The translations under genes and the position numbers were made by a program. From Chloroflexota bacterium (lineage in GTDB: Bacteria; Chloroflexota; Dehalococcoidia; Lucifugimonadales; UBA3495): a stretch of 64,000 nucleotides of DNA. The DNA lies in the NCBI GenBank assembly GCA_009837355.1, contig VXTR01000056.1, positions 589 through 64,588 on the forward strand, given 5' to 3'. The notes under the pieces were generated by a model, which was given only the letters and a program-made list of their open reading frames with translations, did not search any database and was not told the origin of the DNA. This document shows, in pieces, positions 45,662-55,396 of the stretch. Position 1 is the stretch's first letter. Each line of letters starts with the position of its first letter.

Positions 45662-45865
45662 TTAACGGTTCCAGTCGGCGGGGAAGGTCATGGCCTGGCC
45701 GCCCAGGGGCAGGTCGGCCTCGTGGAGCATGTCAACGCGCTGCTTGAGGAACTGGTACAGCGGCAGCAGCTCTTCCAACTCCGCGTCGTCCAGCGGCAGA
45801 CCGGCGACGCGGACCAGGGCGCGCAGGTCGTCCATGCTGATGGTAGTTTCGCCGGGGTCGGCCAT
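45662..45865 (-). CDS. GatC/AtzG-like (DUF4089-like) small subunit
   Basis: MADPGETTISMDDLRALVRVAGLPLDDAELEELLPLYQFLKQRVDMLHEADLPLGGQAMTF.. AGGAG lies 8 nt before ATG 45865. Confidence 0.6.
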   Translation of the reverse strand: MADPGETTISMDDLRALVRVAGLPLDDAELEELLPLYQFLKQRVDMLHEADLPLGGQAMTFPADWNR

Positions 45866-45876
45866 ATTCATATCTC

Positions 45877-46830
45877 CTAAAATACCGCTATGGGATTGAC
45901 CGGCGAGCCGGTGGTGTTCTGCATCCGGAGCGGGTTGATGCTGACCATGAAGGTCCAGCGGTTGCGCTCCCGGCAGGCTTCGGCAACGTCTTCCAGGTTG
46001 GCGTTGTCCAGTATCCACAGGCCCATGGCCACGATGGAAACCTGGTGTATCGGGTTAGTCAACTGCCCTGGATACTGGGGCGGGCCGACGTCGTTGCCGG
46101 TATCCGAACCCAGCACGGCGATGTCCCGCTCCTTGAACAGGGGCAGGCAAGCCGCCTGGCATGCGGTGGAGCCGGCTTCCCGGGGCACCGGGCCCTCAAC
46201 GTGGCGCCGGCGCAGCTGCCCGGTTCGCACCAGCAGCACGTCGCCGGACTCGATGCGGAACCCGCAGCGCTCCTCGGCGGCCAGGATGTCCTCGGGCATC
46301 ACGCCCTCGCCGCGTTCCACCCAGTCGATGCCCCGCACCAGGGGAACGTCCACCAGCACGCCGCGGGTGATGAATCCCTTGTGCGCCTGCTCCACCGAGC
46401 AGACCGTGGCGCCCAGGCTGGTGGAAACCATGTGAGCCGGCTTGCCGTTGTAGGTTTTGCCGTTCCAGAAGAAGTGGGCCAGGCTGTCCACGTGGGTAAC
46501 CGAAACGCCGTGGAAAATCATGCCGATATAATCCATGGCCACGGCGGAGGCGCGGTTGGACACCTTGTCTCCTGAGGCCCAGCCCTCGCCGCTTTCGATC
46601 ATGTAATGCACGGGCGGCGCCGGCACGTCCACGGCGGGGTCCCAGGTGAGTTCCCGGGACAGGGAAACGCAATGGCCTTCCTGCACGGTGGACAGGGCGG
46701 CTTTGGTCTTCTCCGGCGTGATGAGGTTGGGGGTGCCAAGCTCGTCATCGTCGCCCCAGCGTCCCCAGTTGGACAGGCTGTCGAACCAACCCAGCACTTC
46801 CTGTACCGACGGAATCCCGGCCTGCGGCAT
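45877..46830 (-). CDS. cyclase-family protein (arylformamidase-like fold)
   Basis: GGAGGG lies 7 nt before ATG 46830. ..WGRWG.DDELG.. and FHGVSVTHVDSLAHFFW (HxxxH.D...H-type metal motif). Confidence 0.75.
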   Translation of the reverse strand: MPQAGIPSVQEVLGWFDSLSNWGRWGDDDELGTPNLITPEKTKAALSTVQEGHCVSLSRELTWDPAVDVPAPPVHYMIESGEGWASGDKVSNRASAVAMDYIGMIFHGVSVTHVDSLAHFFWNGKTYNGKPAHMVSTSLGATVCSVEQAHKGFITRGVLVDVPLVRGIDWVERGEGVMPEDILAAEERCGFRIESGDVLLVRTGQLRRRHVEGPVPREAGSTACQAACLPLFKERDIAVLGSDTGNDVGPPQYPGQLTNPIHQVSIVAMGLWILDNANLEDVAEACRERNRWTFMVSINPLRMQNTTGSPVNPIAVF

Positions 46831-46953
46831 AACGTGTCCCTCCGTTATTGTGCCCGCTGCGGCGAGCGAATCGGCCACACTGCTCTAGCACACGGCATTA
46901 TGCCCCACCCCTGCTCGTGCCGCAACCGCTCTCCTGCCGGGCCGCAAAACCTG

Positions 46954-46982
46954 TTGACAATTTTCGGGCTTTTCCGTAACCT
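46954..46982 (+). promoter_or_regulatory. sigma70-like promoter upstream of the tRNA-tuf cluster
   Basis: TTGACA (46954..46959), an exact 17-nt spacer, then TAACCT (46977..46982). An 8-bp-stem hairpin (CCGACTGA..TCAGTCGG) and a T-run follow before the first tRNA. Confidence 0.4.
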
Positions 46983-47082
46983 GTTAAGCCGACTGACGAA
47001 AACCGGATGGCCTCGGCTCAGTCGGGGCTGTTTTAGGTTGTGGCAGGGCGCAATTCCCGCCATCGTCACCGTTGAGAATCGC

Positions 47083-47155
47083 GCCCCGGTGGCGCAATTG
47101 GCAGCGCAGCCGATTTGTAATCGGCAGGTTAGGGGTTCGAGTCCCCTCTGGGGCT
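47083..47155 (+). tRNA. tRNA-Thr (anticodon TGT), CCA not encoded
   Basis: GCCCCGG-TG-GCGC-AATTGGCA-GCGC-A-GCCGA-TTTGTAA-TCGGC-AGGTT-AGGGG-TTCGAGT-CCCCT-CTGGGGC-T. Confidence 0.88.
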
Positions 47156-47227
47156 CTTTCAACGGGCTATCCATACAAAACATACGGAGCAACGACGGTA
47201 CGACCGACCATCGAAACAAGGCCACCT

Positions 47228-47315
47228 GGAGGGGTGGGTGAGTGGTTAAAGCCACCAGACTGTAAATCTGGCGCCCTGACGGGCTTCGCAGGTTCGAATC
47301 CTGCCCCCTCCACCA
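47228..47315 (+). tRNA. tRNA-Tyr (anticodon GTA), class II, CCA encoded
   Basis: GGAGGGG..CCAGA-CTGTAAA-TCTGG, variable arm GCCC-tgac-GGGC, GCAGG-TTCGAAT-CCTGC, CCCCTCC-A-CCA. Confidence 0.88.
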
Positions 47316-47318
47316 TTC

Positions 47319-47393
47319 GCCCAAGTAGCTCAGAGGTAGAGCACGTTCTTGGTAAGAACGGGGTCGGCGGTTCGATTCCGCCCTTGGGCTCCA
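47319..47393 (+). tRNA. tRNA-Thr (anticodon GGT), CCA encoded
   Basis: GCCCAAG-TA-GCTC-AGAGGTA-GAGC-A-CGTTC-TTGGTAA-GAACG-GGGTC-GGCGG-TTCGATT-CCGCC-CTTGGGC-T-CCA. It starts 3 nt after the tRNA-Tyr CCA. Confidence 0.88.
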
Positions 47394-47490
47394 GCCACCA
47401 AAACACCCAGGACGCAAATTCCCCGCAAGCGATACATCCCATTGCCCCGCGGGCAGCAACGAAACAAGGAGCAAGGAGTAACTCCCCACC

Positions 47491-48675
<1,185 letters not shown>

Positions 48676-48679
48676 TACC

Positions 48680-48850
48680 ATGGCCCGCAAGTCCACCGAC
48701 GCCCGGCAGATTATCACCCTGCAGTGCATCGACTGCCGCGAGCGCAATTACTCGACCATCAAAAACCGGCGCAACCACACCAGCCGGATGGAACTGCGCA
48801 AGTATTGCAGCCGTTGCCGCAACCATCGCGTTCACCGTGAAGTGAGGTAG
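48680..48850 (+). CDS. rpmG: 50S ribosomal protein L33 (56 aa, below the ORF-track cutoff)
   Basis: My translation is [56 protein letters not shown]. It has two CxxC pairs and the canonical tuf-rpmG-secE position. Confidence 0.88.
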   Translation: MARKSTDARQIITLQCIDCRERNYSTIKNRRNHTSRMELRKYCSRCRNHRVHREVR

Positions 48851-48856
48851 CCCTCC

Positions 48857-49108
48857 GTGGCCCGAGCATCCGCCGGACGACCTACGCCGATCTCTCCCCG
48901 CTCCGTGGGGAGGGTCGGCCCGGTGGGTTTCCTGCGGGAAACCGTCTCCGAACTCCGCAAATCGGTCTGGCCCACCAAGGAAGAAACCGCCCGCCTGACG
49001 GTCATCGTACTGGTGATGGCCATCATCATGGGCCTTTTCCTCGGCCTGCTGGACCGGGTTTTCGCTGAACTGTTCACCCGCGTCATCCTCAATCCCGGTC
49101 TCTTTTAG
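48857..49108 (+). CDS. secE: preprotein translocase subunit SecE
   Basis: GTG start. ..FLRETVSELRKSVWPTKEE....T..VL.. followed by a single TM segment. Located before nusG. Confidence 0.85.
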   Translation: MARASAGRPTPISPRSVGRVGPVGFLRETVSELRKSVWPTKEETARLTVIVLVMAIIMGLFLGLLDRVFAELFTRVILNPGLF

Positions 49109-49252
49109 CCCGGCGGCTTACCGCGCCAGCCTTTGAGGACGGCGCCAGCTCGACGGCAAGTCCATCCGCCTGCGGCGGGGTAGCCCTCGCCCGAGATGTC
49201 TCCGCCGGCCACTCTGCCGCCAAACTTACCCAACCGTAAATTCGGGCACGTT

Positions 49253-49816
49253 ATGACCACAATGCAATCACCCGCCGACCTGCGCTGGTATATCGTTCAC
49301 ACCTATACCGGTCAGGAGGACATGGTCAAGCGCAACCTGGACCTGCGTCGCCACAGCTTCGGGATGATGGACCGCATCACCCGGGTTGAAGTCCCGGCCG
49401 AGGATGAAATCATTCGGAACAAGGGGGAGCGCACCGCCCAGCGGCGGAAGCTGTTCCCCGGGTACATCCTGGTCCAGATGATTATGGACGACGAAGCGTG
49501 GTTCCTGGTGCGGAACACCACCGGGGTAACCGGGTTCATCTCGGCGGAGGAAGAAGGGGGCGACCGTCCCCGGCCGGTGCCCCTGGACGACCGGGAGGTT
49601 GACGACATCCTGGACCGGGTCGCTTCGGGCGAGCCACGGGCGGTCATCGGCATGATCCAGGGCGACACCGTCCGCATTTCCGAAGGGCCCTTCGCCGATA
49701 TGCTGGGGCGCGTGGAGGAAGTGGACGAACACCGGGGGCAGGTCAAGGTTCTCATCTCGGTCTTTGGCCGCGAAACGCCCGTAGAGCTCGACTTCATGCA
49801 GGTCGAAAAAGTTTAA
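49253..49816 (+). CDS. nusG: transcription termination/antitermination factor NusG
   Basis: ..RWYIVHTYTGQEDMVKRNL.. (NGN domain) and a C-terminal KOW (GDTVRISEGPFADMLGRVEEVD). Start 49253 or 49262. Confidence 0.9.
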   Translation: MTTMQSPADLRWYIVHTYTGQEDMVKRNLDLRRHSFGMMDRITRVEVPAEDEIIRNKGERTAQRRKLFPGYILVQMIMDDEAWFLVRNTTGVTGFISAEEEGGDRPRPVPLDDREVDDILDRVASGEPRAVIGMIQGDTVRISEGPFADMLGRVEEVDEHRGQVKVLISVFGRETPVELDFMQVEKV

Positions 49817-49834
49817 CCCGATTGGAGGCCATCA

Positions 49835-50272
49835 GTGGCTAAGAAAGTTCTGGCAGTCGTCAAGCTGCAACTGGAAGCGGGCAAGGCTACCCCCGCTCCG
49901 CCCGTCGGCCCGGCCCTGGGCCAGCACGGCGTCAACATCATGGCCTTCGTCAAGGAGTACAACGAGCGCACCGGCAGCCAGTCCGGCACCATCGTGCCCG
50001 TCCACCTCACCGTGTACCAGGACCGCTCCTTCACCTTCGTAACCCGCACGCCGCCGGCGTCCGACCTCCTGCGGCGGGCTGCCGGCCTGGAGAAAGGCCA
50101 GGGCGATGCTCGCGAACCCATCGGGATTACCGTCGGCAGTGACGTGCTGCGCAGCATCGCGGAAGAGAAACTGAAGGACCTCAACGCCAACTCCGTCGAG
50201 CAGGCCATGAACATCATCGCCGGCACCGCCCGCAGCATGGGCATCACCGTATCAGACGAAGAAGACGAGTAG
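49835..50272 (+). CDS. rplK: 50S ribosomal protein L11
   Basis: GTG start. [43 protein letters not shown].. Confidence 0.95.
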   Translation: MAKKVLAVVKLQLEAGKATPAPPVGPALGQHGVNIMAFVKEYNERTGSQSGTIVPVHLTVYQDRSFTFVTRTPPASDLLRRAAGLEKGQGDAREPIGITVGSDVLRSIAEEKLKDLNANSVEQAMNIIAGTARSMGITVSDEEDE

Positions 50273-50301
50273 GAGAACAGGTCGATTAGGAGAATAGCAC
50301 T

Positions 50302-51015
50302 ATGCCCAAGCACAGCCGCCGCTACAACACCGTCGCCGAGCGCGTGCCGGAAGACTCCGTATATCAGCCCCGGGAAGCCATCGACCTGGTGAAGGAGCTT
50401 TCCACCGCCAAGTTCGACGAGACGATGGAAGTGCATCTTCGCACCAACGCCGACGTTCGCCATGCTGAGCAGCAAGTGCGCGGCGTTACCGTCCTGCCCC
50501 ACGGCCTGGGCAAGCAGGTGCGGGTGCTCGTGTTCGCCAACGGGGAAGCCGCCGACATCGCACGGCAAGCCGGCGCCGACTACGTGGGCGACGACGACCT
50601 CATTGCCCAGATTGAAGGGGGCTGGATGGAGTTCGACGTCGGGCTGGCCATTCCCGAAGTGATGTCCAAGATTGGCCGGCTGGGTCGCCACCTGGGCCGC
50701 CGGGGCCTGATGCCCAACCCGCGCACGGGCACGCTGGTGCCGGCCCGGGACCTGCCGCGCGTCATCCAGGAATCCAAGGCCGGACGCCTGGAGTTCCGCA
50801 CCGACCGCACCGCCATCATCCACGGTCAGTTCGGCAAGTCATCTTTCGAGACCGATTCACTCATGGAAAACCTTACCGTGTTCATGGACTCCGTGATGCG
50901 CGAACGTCCCGAGGCCGTGAAGGGCGCCTTCATCAAGTCCGCCTACATCACCTCCTCCATGGGGCCCGGCATCTCGGTGGACGTGGGCACGCTGCAGGCG
51001 CTGAGACCGGAGTAG
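50302..51015 (+). CDS. rplA: 50S ribosomal protein L1
   Basis: ..FDETMEVHLRT..D.R.AEQQVRG...LPHG.GK..RVLVFA.. Confidence 0.95.
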   Translation: MPKHSRRYNTVAERVPEDSVYQPREAIDLVKELSTAKFDETMEVHLRTNADVRHAEQQVRGVTVLPHGLGKQVRVLVFANGEAADIARQAGADYVGDDDLIAQIEGGWMEFDVGLAIPEVMSKIGRLGRHLGRRGLMPNPRTGTLVPARDLPRVIQESKAGRLEFRTDRTAIIHGQFGKSSFETDSLMENLTVFMDSVMRERPEAVKGAFIKSAYITSSMGPGISVDVGTLQALRPE

Positions 51016-51244
51016 CCGTCCACCGTCTTGCCTTTCCACCACGCCGGTGGTAGGCTTATTGAACAGTCGAATAACCAACTCAGCGCTTGAGACAGCGGGT
51101 CCCGACACCGTCGGAGTAATGGCTCTAAGGCCACCCGCCGAGGCGAACGAATGGGAACCTGGTACGAAGCCGGCCTCGGCCGCGTCACCAACCCGCGCCT
51201 CGAGTCTCACTGGCGCGGGATTTTTGTTTGTATGGAGGAAGACA
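51016..51244 (+). promoter_or_regulatory. rplJ (L10) leader with an intrinsic-terminator-like attenuator at 51192..51229
   Basis: A 229-nt untranslated gap before rplJ. It contains the GCCGAGGC...GCCTCGGC pairing, then the stem CCCGCGCC (51192..51199) / GGCGCGGG (51212..51219), then ATTTTTGTTTG immediately before the rplJ SD GGAGGA. Confidence 0.5.
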
Positions 51245-51781
51245 TTGCCAACCCAGGCTAAAGTTGACCGGGTGGCCGAACTGCAGGAGAAGCTGGAGAA
51301 CAGCTCCATCGTTATCTCCACCGGCTACTCCGGCATCGGCGTGAACCAGATGGTGAACCTCCGTCGCCGGATGCGTGATGGCGGCGTCGAGTTCATCGTC
51401 GTCAAGAACAACCTGCTGGCCTTGGCCGCCGACGGCGCGGACGTGCCCCAGCTCAAAGACATCATCGCCGGCCAGACCGCCATCGCGCTGGGCTACGATG
51501 ACGCTGCCGCTACCGCCAAAGCCGTTAACGACGCCGCCAACGCCGACGGCACCCTGGCCATACAGGGCGCGGTGGTCAATCGCGGCGAGGCGCTGTCGGC
51601 CGACGGCGTAACTCGCCTGGCGAGCCTGCCCCCGCAGCCGGTGCTGGTCGCCCAACTGCTGGGCAATATGCAGGCCCCGCTTTATGGCCTCGCCAGCGTG
51701 CTCAACGCTACCATCAGCAGCCTGGCCTACGTGCTCCAGGCCCGCATTGGCCAGCTGGAGCCGGCCGAAGCTGCGGAGTAA
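51245..51781 (+). CDS. rplJ: 50S ribosomal protein L10
   Basis: TTG 51245 lies 5 nt after GGAGGAAG. (M)PTQAKVDRVAELQEKLENSSIVISTGYSGIGVNQMVNLRRRMR.. Confidence 0.85.
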   Translation: MPTQAKVDRVAELQEKLENSSIVISTGYSGIGVNQMVNLRRRMRDGGVEFIVVKNNLLALAADGADVPQLKDIIAGQTAIALGYDDAAATAKAVNDAANADGTLAIQGAVVNRGEALSADGVTRLASLPPQPVLVAQLLGNMQAPLYGLASVLNATISSLAYVLQARIGQLEPAEAAE

Positions 51782-51803
51782 CCGAAAATCACCCTCATTC
51801 CGG

Positions 51804-51826
51804 CCCTCTCCCATCGAGTGAGAGGG
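51804..51826. repeat. hairpin CCCTCTC-ccatcgagt-GAGAGGG
   Basis: Read directly from the sequence, 23 nt after the rplJ stop. It is preceded by ctcattccgg, which recurs at 53237..53246. Confidence 0.6.
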
Positions 51827-51857
51827 AGCATCAGCAAACCATCAGGAGGCAGCAATC

Positions 51858-52253
51858 ATGGCAGTAAATCAGGAAGTTCTGGACGCAATCAAGAACATGA
51901 GCGTGATGGACCTGGCCGATTTGGTCAAGGCCATTGAAGAAGAGTTCGGCGTGTCCGCCGCCGCGCCCGTGGCCGTAGCCGCCGCGCCCGCCGCCGGCGT
52001 GGTAACCGACGACGCTCCCGCCGCCGGCGGTGGCGACGAGCAGACCGAGTTCACCATCACCCTGGCCGACTTCGGCGCCAACAAGATTAACGTCATCAAG
52101 GCCGTCCGCGAAGTTACCGACCTGGGCCTGCGCGAAGCCAAGGAACTGGTCGAGTCCGCTCCGGCTCGCGTCAAGGAAGGCGTGAACAAGGAAGAGGCCG
52201 ACGACATCAAGGGCAAGCTGGAAGAGGCCGGCGCTACCGTACAGGTTGCGTAG
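51858..52253 (+). CDS. rplL: 50S ribosomal protein L7/L12
   Basis: ..[31 protein letters not shown].. followed by an Ala-rich hinge, ending ..KEAKELVE..P..VKEGV.KEEA..IK.KLEEAGA.V.V. Confidence 0.95.
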   Translation: MAVNQEVLDAIKNMSVMDLADLVKAIEEEFGVSAAAPVAVAAAPAAGVVTDDAPAAGGGDEQTEFTITLADFGANKINVIKAVREVTDLGLREAKELVESAPARVKEGVNKEEADDIKGKLEEAGATVQVA

Positions 52254-52277
52254 CCGTTAACCCGAAATGCCGATTTC

Positions 52278-52312
52278 GTAGGGGCGAATGATTATTCGCC
52301 CCTACTCATTTT
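52278..52312 (+). terminator. intrinsic terminator after rplL
   Basis: Stem GTAGGGGCGAAT (52278..52289), loop gatt, stem ATTCGCCCCTAC (52294..52305), then TCATTTT. Confidence 0.75.
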
Positions 52313-52362
52313 GGGTTGTTGTACAATGCCCGCAAGTTGACCCATCGGGAGGACTGCCACCT

Positions 52363-53166
52363 ATGGACCTGGAACTGGGCGGCAAGGCCGCAATCGTAAC
52401 CGGAGGCAGCCGCGGCATCGGCAAGGCGGTGGCCCGTGTGCTGGCCGCTGACGGCTGCCGGGTAGTCATCACCGGACGCTACGCCGACACGCTGTCCGCC
52501 GCCGCCGAGGAAATCGCCGGCGACACCGGCGGCTCGGTTACTCCCATCGTCGCCGACATGACCAGCGCCGAGCAGGTCAACGCCATGGTGGCCCAGGCCG
52601 CCGACGCCCTGGGCGGACGCATCGACATCCTGGTCAACAACGCCGCCGCGCCCGGCGGGCTGGCTCGCGGCCGGCTCAGCGAAATCCTCGACGAGGACGT
52701 GCTGCTGGACCTGGACACCAAGGTGATGGGCTACCTGCGCTGCGCCCGGGCCGTCGCGCCCTATATGCAGCAGCAGGGCTGGGGGCGCATCGTCAACGTG
52801 GGCGGCCTGTCCGCCCGCCGCGCCGAGGGCAACCTCAGCGCCGGCGTCCGCAACTCCGGCCTGTCCAACCTGACCAAGTACCTGGCCGAGGAGCTGGGCG
52901 GCGACGGCGTGTGCGTCAACCTGGTGCATCCGGGCACCACGCGCACCGAGCGCAGCGGCCCCATGTACGCCGAGCAGGCGGAGCGGGAAGGCGTAACGGT
53001 TGAAGAAGTCGAGCGCCGCGTCGCAGCCCGCAACTCCACCCGCCGCATCGTGGACGCCGAGGAGCTGGCCTGGGTGGTTGCATTCCTGGCCTCGCCCCGC
53101 AGCATCGCCCTCAGCGGAGAGACCATCGCGGCCGGCGGCGGAGCCGGCACCAACGTCTATCACTAA
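52363..53166 (+). CDS. short-chain dehydrogenase/reductase (SDR) family oxidoreductase
   Basis: MDLELGGKAAIVTGGSRGIGKA (TGxxxGIG), NNAA, ..Y...K-type catalytic region. Confidence 0.85.
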   Translation: MDLELGGKAAIVTGGSRGIGKAVARVLAADGCRVVITGRYADTLSAAAEEIAGDTGGSVTPIVADMTSAEQVNAMVAQAADALGGRIDILVNNAAAPGGLARGRLSEILDEDVLLDLDTKVMGYLRCARAVAPYMQQQGWGRIVNVGGLSARRAEGNLSAGVRNSGLSNLTKYLAEELGGDGVCVNLVHPGTTRTERSGPMYAEQAEREGVTVEEVERRVAARNSTRRIVDAEELAWVVAFLASPRSIALSGETIAAGGGAGTNVYH

Positions 53167-53169
53167 CGT

Positions 53170-53203
53170 CCTCGCTCCGCTCATCCTGAGCCTGTCGAAG
53201 GAT
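53170..53203 (+). repeat. 3'-of-stop repeat motif, copy 2 (cctcgctccGCTCATCCTGAGCCTGTCGAAGGAT)
   Basis: It begins 4 nt after the SDR TAA. The 25-nt core 53179..53203 matches 30251..30275 at 22/25 positions. Confidence 0.7.
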
Positions 53204-53239
53204 CGCCACTCGCACCGTCATTCCCGCCACATACCCGTC

Positions 53240-53259
53240 ATTCCGGCGAAAGCCGGAAT
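53240..53259. repeat. hairpin ATTCCGGC-gaaa-GCCGGAAT (GNRA-type tetraloop)
   Basis: Read directly from the sequence. It is preceded by a half-copy (ccgtcattcccgcc at about 53217) of its own left flank ccgtcattccggc. It lies in the SDR-EthD intergenic region. Confidence 0.65.
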
Positions 53260-53282
53260 CCAGAACAGCAGGAGCAACAACG

Positions 53283-53597
53283 ATGATTAAAGTAACCGTC
53301 TTCTACGGCAACGAAACGGGCAAGTCCTTCGACTTCGACTACTACGTGAACACGCACATGCCGCTGGTGCAGGAACGCCTGACCACCTTCGGGATGCGCT
53401 ACTACAACGTGGAGCGGGGCATCTCCGACACCGACCCCAACGCGCCGCCGCTGTACACCGCTGTGGGCTACCTGTTCTTCAACGACGTGGACGGTGTGCA
53501 CGAAGGCTTCAAAACCCACGGCCGCGAGCTGGTCGGCGACGTGCCCAACTTCACCGACATCGAGCCCAAGTTCCTAATCAGCGAGCTGATTGCGTGA
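53283..53597 (+). CDS. EthD-family reductase (TIGR02118-like)
   Basis: MIKVTVFYGNETGKSFDFDYYVNTHMPLVQERL... 104 aa, with AGGAG upstream. Confidence 0.75.
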   Translation: MIKVTVFYGNETGKSFDFDYYVNTHMPLVQERLTTFGMRYYNVERGISDTDPNAPPLYTAVGYLFFNDVDGVHEGFKTHGRELVGDVPNFTDIEPKFLISELIA

Positions 53598-53598
53598 T

Positions 53599-55284
53599 AT
53601 GAACCCCGCCCTCACCGCCCTCGCCCAGCGCGCCGTTCGCGAGCATTGGGACTTCCTGCCCACTGCCGGCAGCCGCATCGGCGTGCACGAGTACGACGGC
53701 CGGCTGCCCGACTTCTCCGCAAGCCGCATCCGCCGCCGCGTCGAGGAACTGCACCAGACCCTGGCCCAACTGTCCGCCCTGCCTTCCGGCCCGGAATCCA
53801 ACGGAACCGCCGACCGCGACGCCCGCATGGACCAACTCAGCCGCAACCTGCTGGAGTTGTTCCTGCGCCGCGAGCTGTTCAACCTGGAGGAGATGCGGAC
53901 GCTGCACGACAACCCCCAGCGTCAGGTGGGCTACCTCGGCGTCGGCGGTTACGTCCAGCGTGACTACGCGCCGCTGCCCGACCGCATCCGTTCCGCCACC
54001 GCCATCCTGCGCCAGGCTCCCGACTTCCTGGCCACGCTGGACTCGCTCACCGAGCCGGAGCTGGGCGAACCTATCCGCGACATGGCGGTGCAAGCCTACC
54101 GGGGCATGGCGTCCTTCTACGATACCGGCCTGGCCGACGACGCCGCCCAGTGCGCCGCCGTCGCGCCCGACGTGGCCGCCGAGTTCAACGCCGCCCGCGC
54201 AACCGCCGCTGCCGCCGTGAACGCCTTTGCCGACCGGCTGCAGGCCCGCAAAGCCCGCCCGGAGTTCGCCATCGGCTCCCAGCTGTACCAGCGGATGCTG
54301 TCGGTGGGCGAGGCCGTGGACGTACCGCCGGCAGACGTGCTGTCCATCGGCCAGGCCAACCTGGAGCAGAACCTGCGCCGTCTGGACGAAGCCGCCGCGC
54401 TAGTCGCCCCCGGCAAGTCCGTCCGCGAGGCCGTCGCCCAAATCAGCGCCAATCATCCCACCGCCGCTGGCCTGATACCCGAAACGCGGGCTATGCTGGA
54501 AGACATCCGCCAGGCTCTCATCGACCACGACATCATCGGCCTGCCCTCCGAGGAACGCTGCCAGGTTACCGAAACGCCGTCCTACATGCGCTACGCCTTC
54601 GCCGCCATGGACTCGCCCGGCGGCCTGGAGGAGGTGGCGACGGAAGCCTTCTACTACGTAACGCCGGTGGAACCGGACTGGTCGCCCCGCCAGCAGGAAG
54701 AGTGGCTGAGCAACTTCAACTATCACACCCTGGAAATTATCAGCATCCACGAGGTCTATCCCGGACACTACGTCCACAACCTGCACAACCGCCACGGCCA
54801 CGCCCGGCAGGGACGCGATCTACCGCTGATCAACTGCGTCGCCACTTCCTACGCCTTCACCGAGGGCTGGGCCCACTACACCGAAGAGATGATGCTGGAA
54901 ACCGACTACGCCCGGGACAATCCCGCCCTGTGGCTGACCCAGCTGCTGGAAGCCCTGGTGCGCAACTGCCGCTACCTGTGCTCACTGGGGATGCACACCC
55001 AGGGCATGACGGTGGACGAGGCGACCCAGTTCTTCCAGGCCCACGCCTACATGGAGGAGCACCCGGCCCGCCAGGAAGCCCTGCGCGGCACCTTCGACCC
55101 CGGCTACCTGAACTACACGCTGGGCAAGCTGATGCTGCTCAAACTGCGCCAGGACTGGCGACGGCAGGAAGGCTCCGCCTACACCCTGCGCCGTTTCCAC
55201 GACGCCGTCCTGTCCTGGGGCGCGCCGCCGGTTCCCCTGCTGCGGGAGGCCATGCTGAATATCGCCACCGATTCGATTTTGTAG
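53599..55284 (+). CDS. DUF885-family protein (metallopeptidase-like HExxxGH motif)
   Basis: ..IHEVYPGHYVHNL.. motif, about 560 aa, with ATG 53599 two nt after the EthD stop. Confidence 0.7.
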   Translation: MNPALTALAQRAVREHWDFLPTAGSRIGVHEYDGRLPDFSASRIRRRVEELHQTLAQLSALPSGPESNGTADRDARMDQLSRNLLELFLRRELFNLEEMRTLHDNPQRQVGYLGVGGYVQRDYAPLPDRIRSATAILRQAPDFLATLDSLTEPELGEPIRDMAVQAYRGMASFYDTGLADDAAQCAAVAPDVAAEFNAARATAAAAVNAFADRLQARKARPEFAIGSQLYQRMLSVGEAVDVPPADVLSIGQANLEQNLRRLDEAAALVAPGKSVREAVAQISANHPTAAGLIPETRAMLEDIRQALIDHDIIGLPSEERCQVTETPSYMRYAFAAMDSPGGLEEVATEAFYYVTPVEPDWSPRQQEEWLSNFNYHTLEIISIHEVYPGHYVHNLHNRHGHARQGRDLPLINCVATSYAFTEGWAHYTEEMMLETDYARDNPALWLTQLLEALVRNCRYLCSLGMHTQGMTVDEATQFFQAHAYMEEHPARQEALRGTFDPGYLNYTLGKLMLLKLRQDWRRQEGSAYTLRRFHDAVLSWGAPPVPLLREAMLNIATDSIL

Positions 55285-55396
55285 CTACGAGAAGAGCAAC
55301 CACTTCACCATCCTTGTAAGCGCGGCTTTCGGCGTTTTTGTTTTTATTTTGTACGGTGGATGCCATTTTCATTATTTAGAACATAAGTACTTTCAG

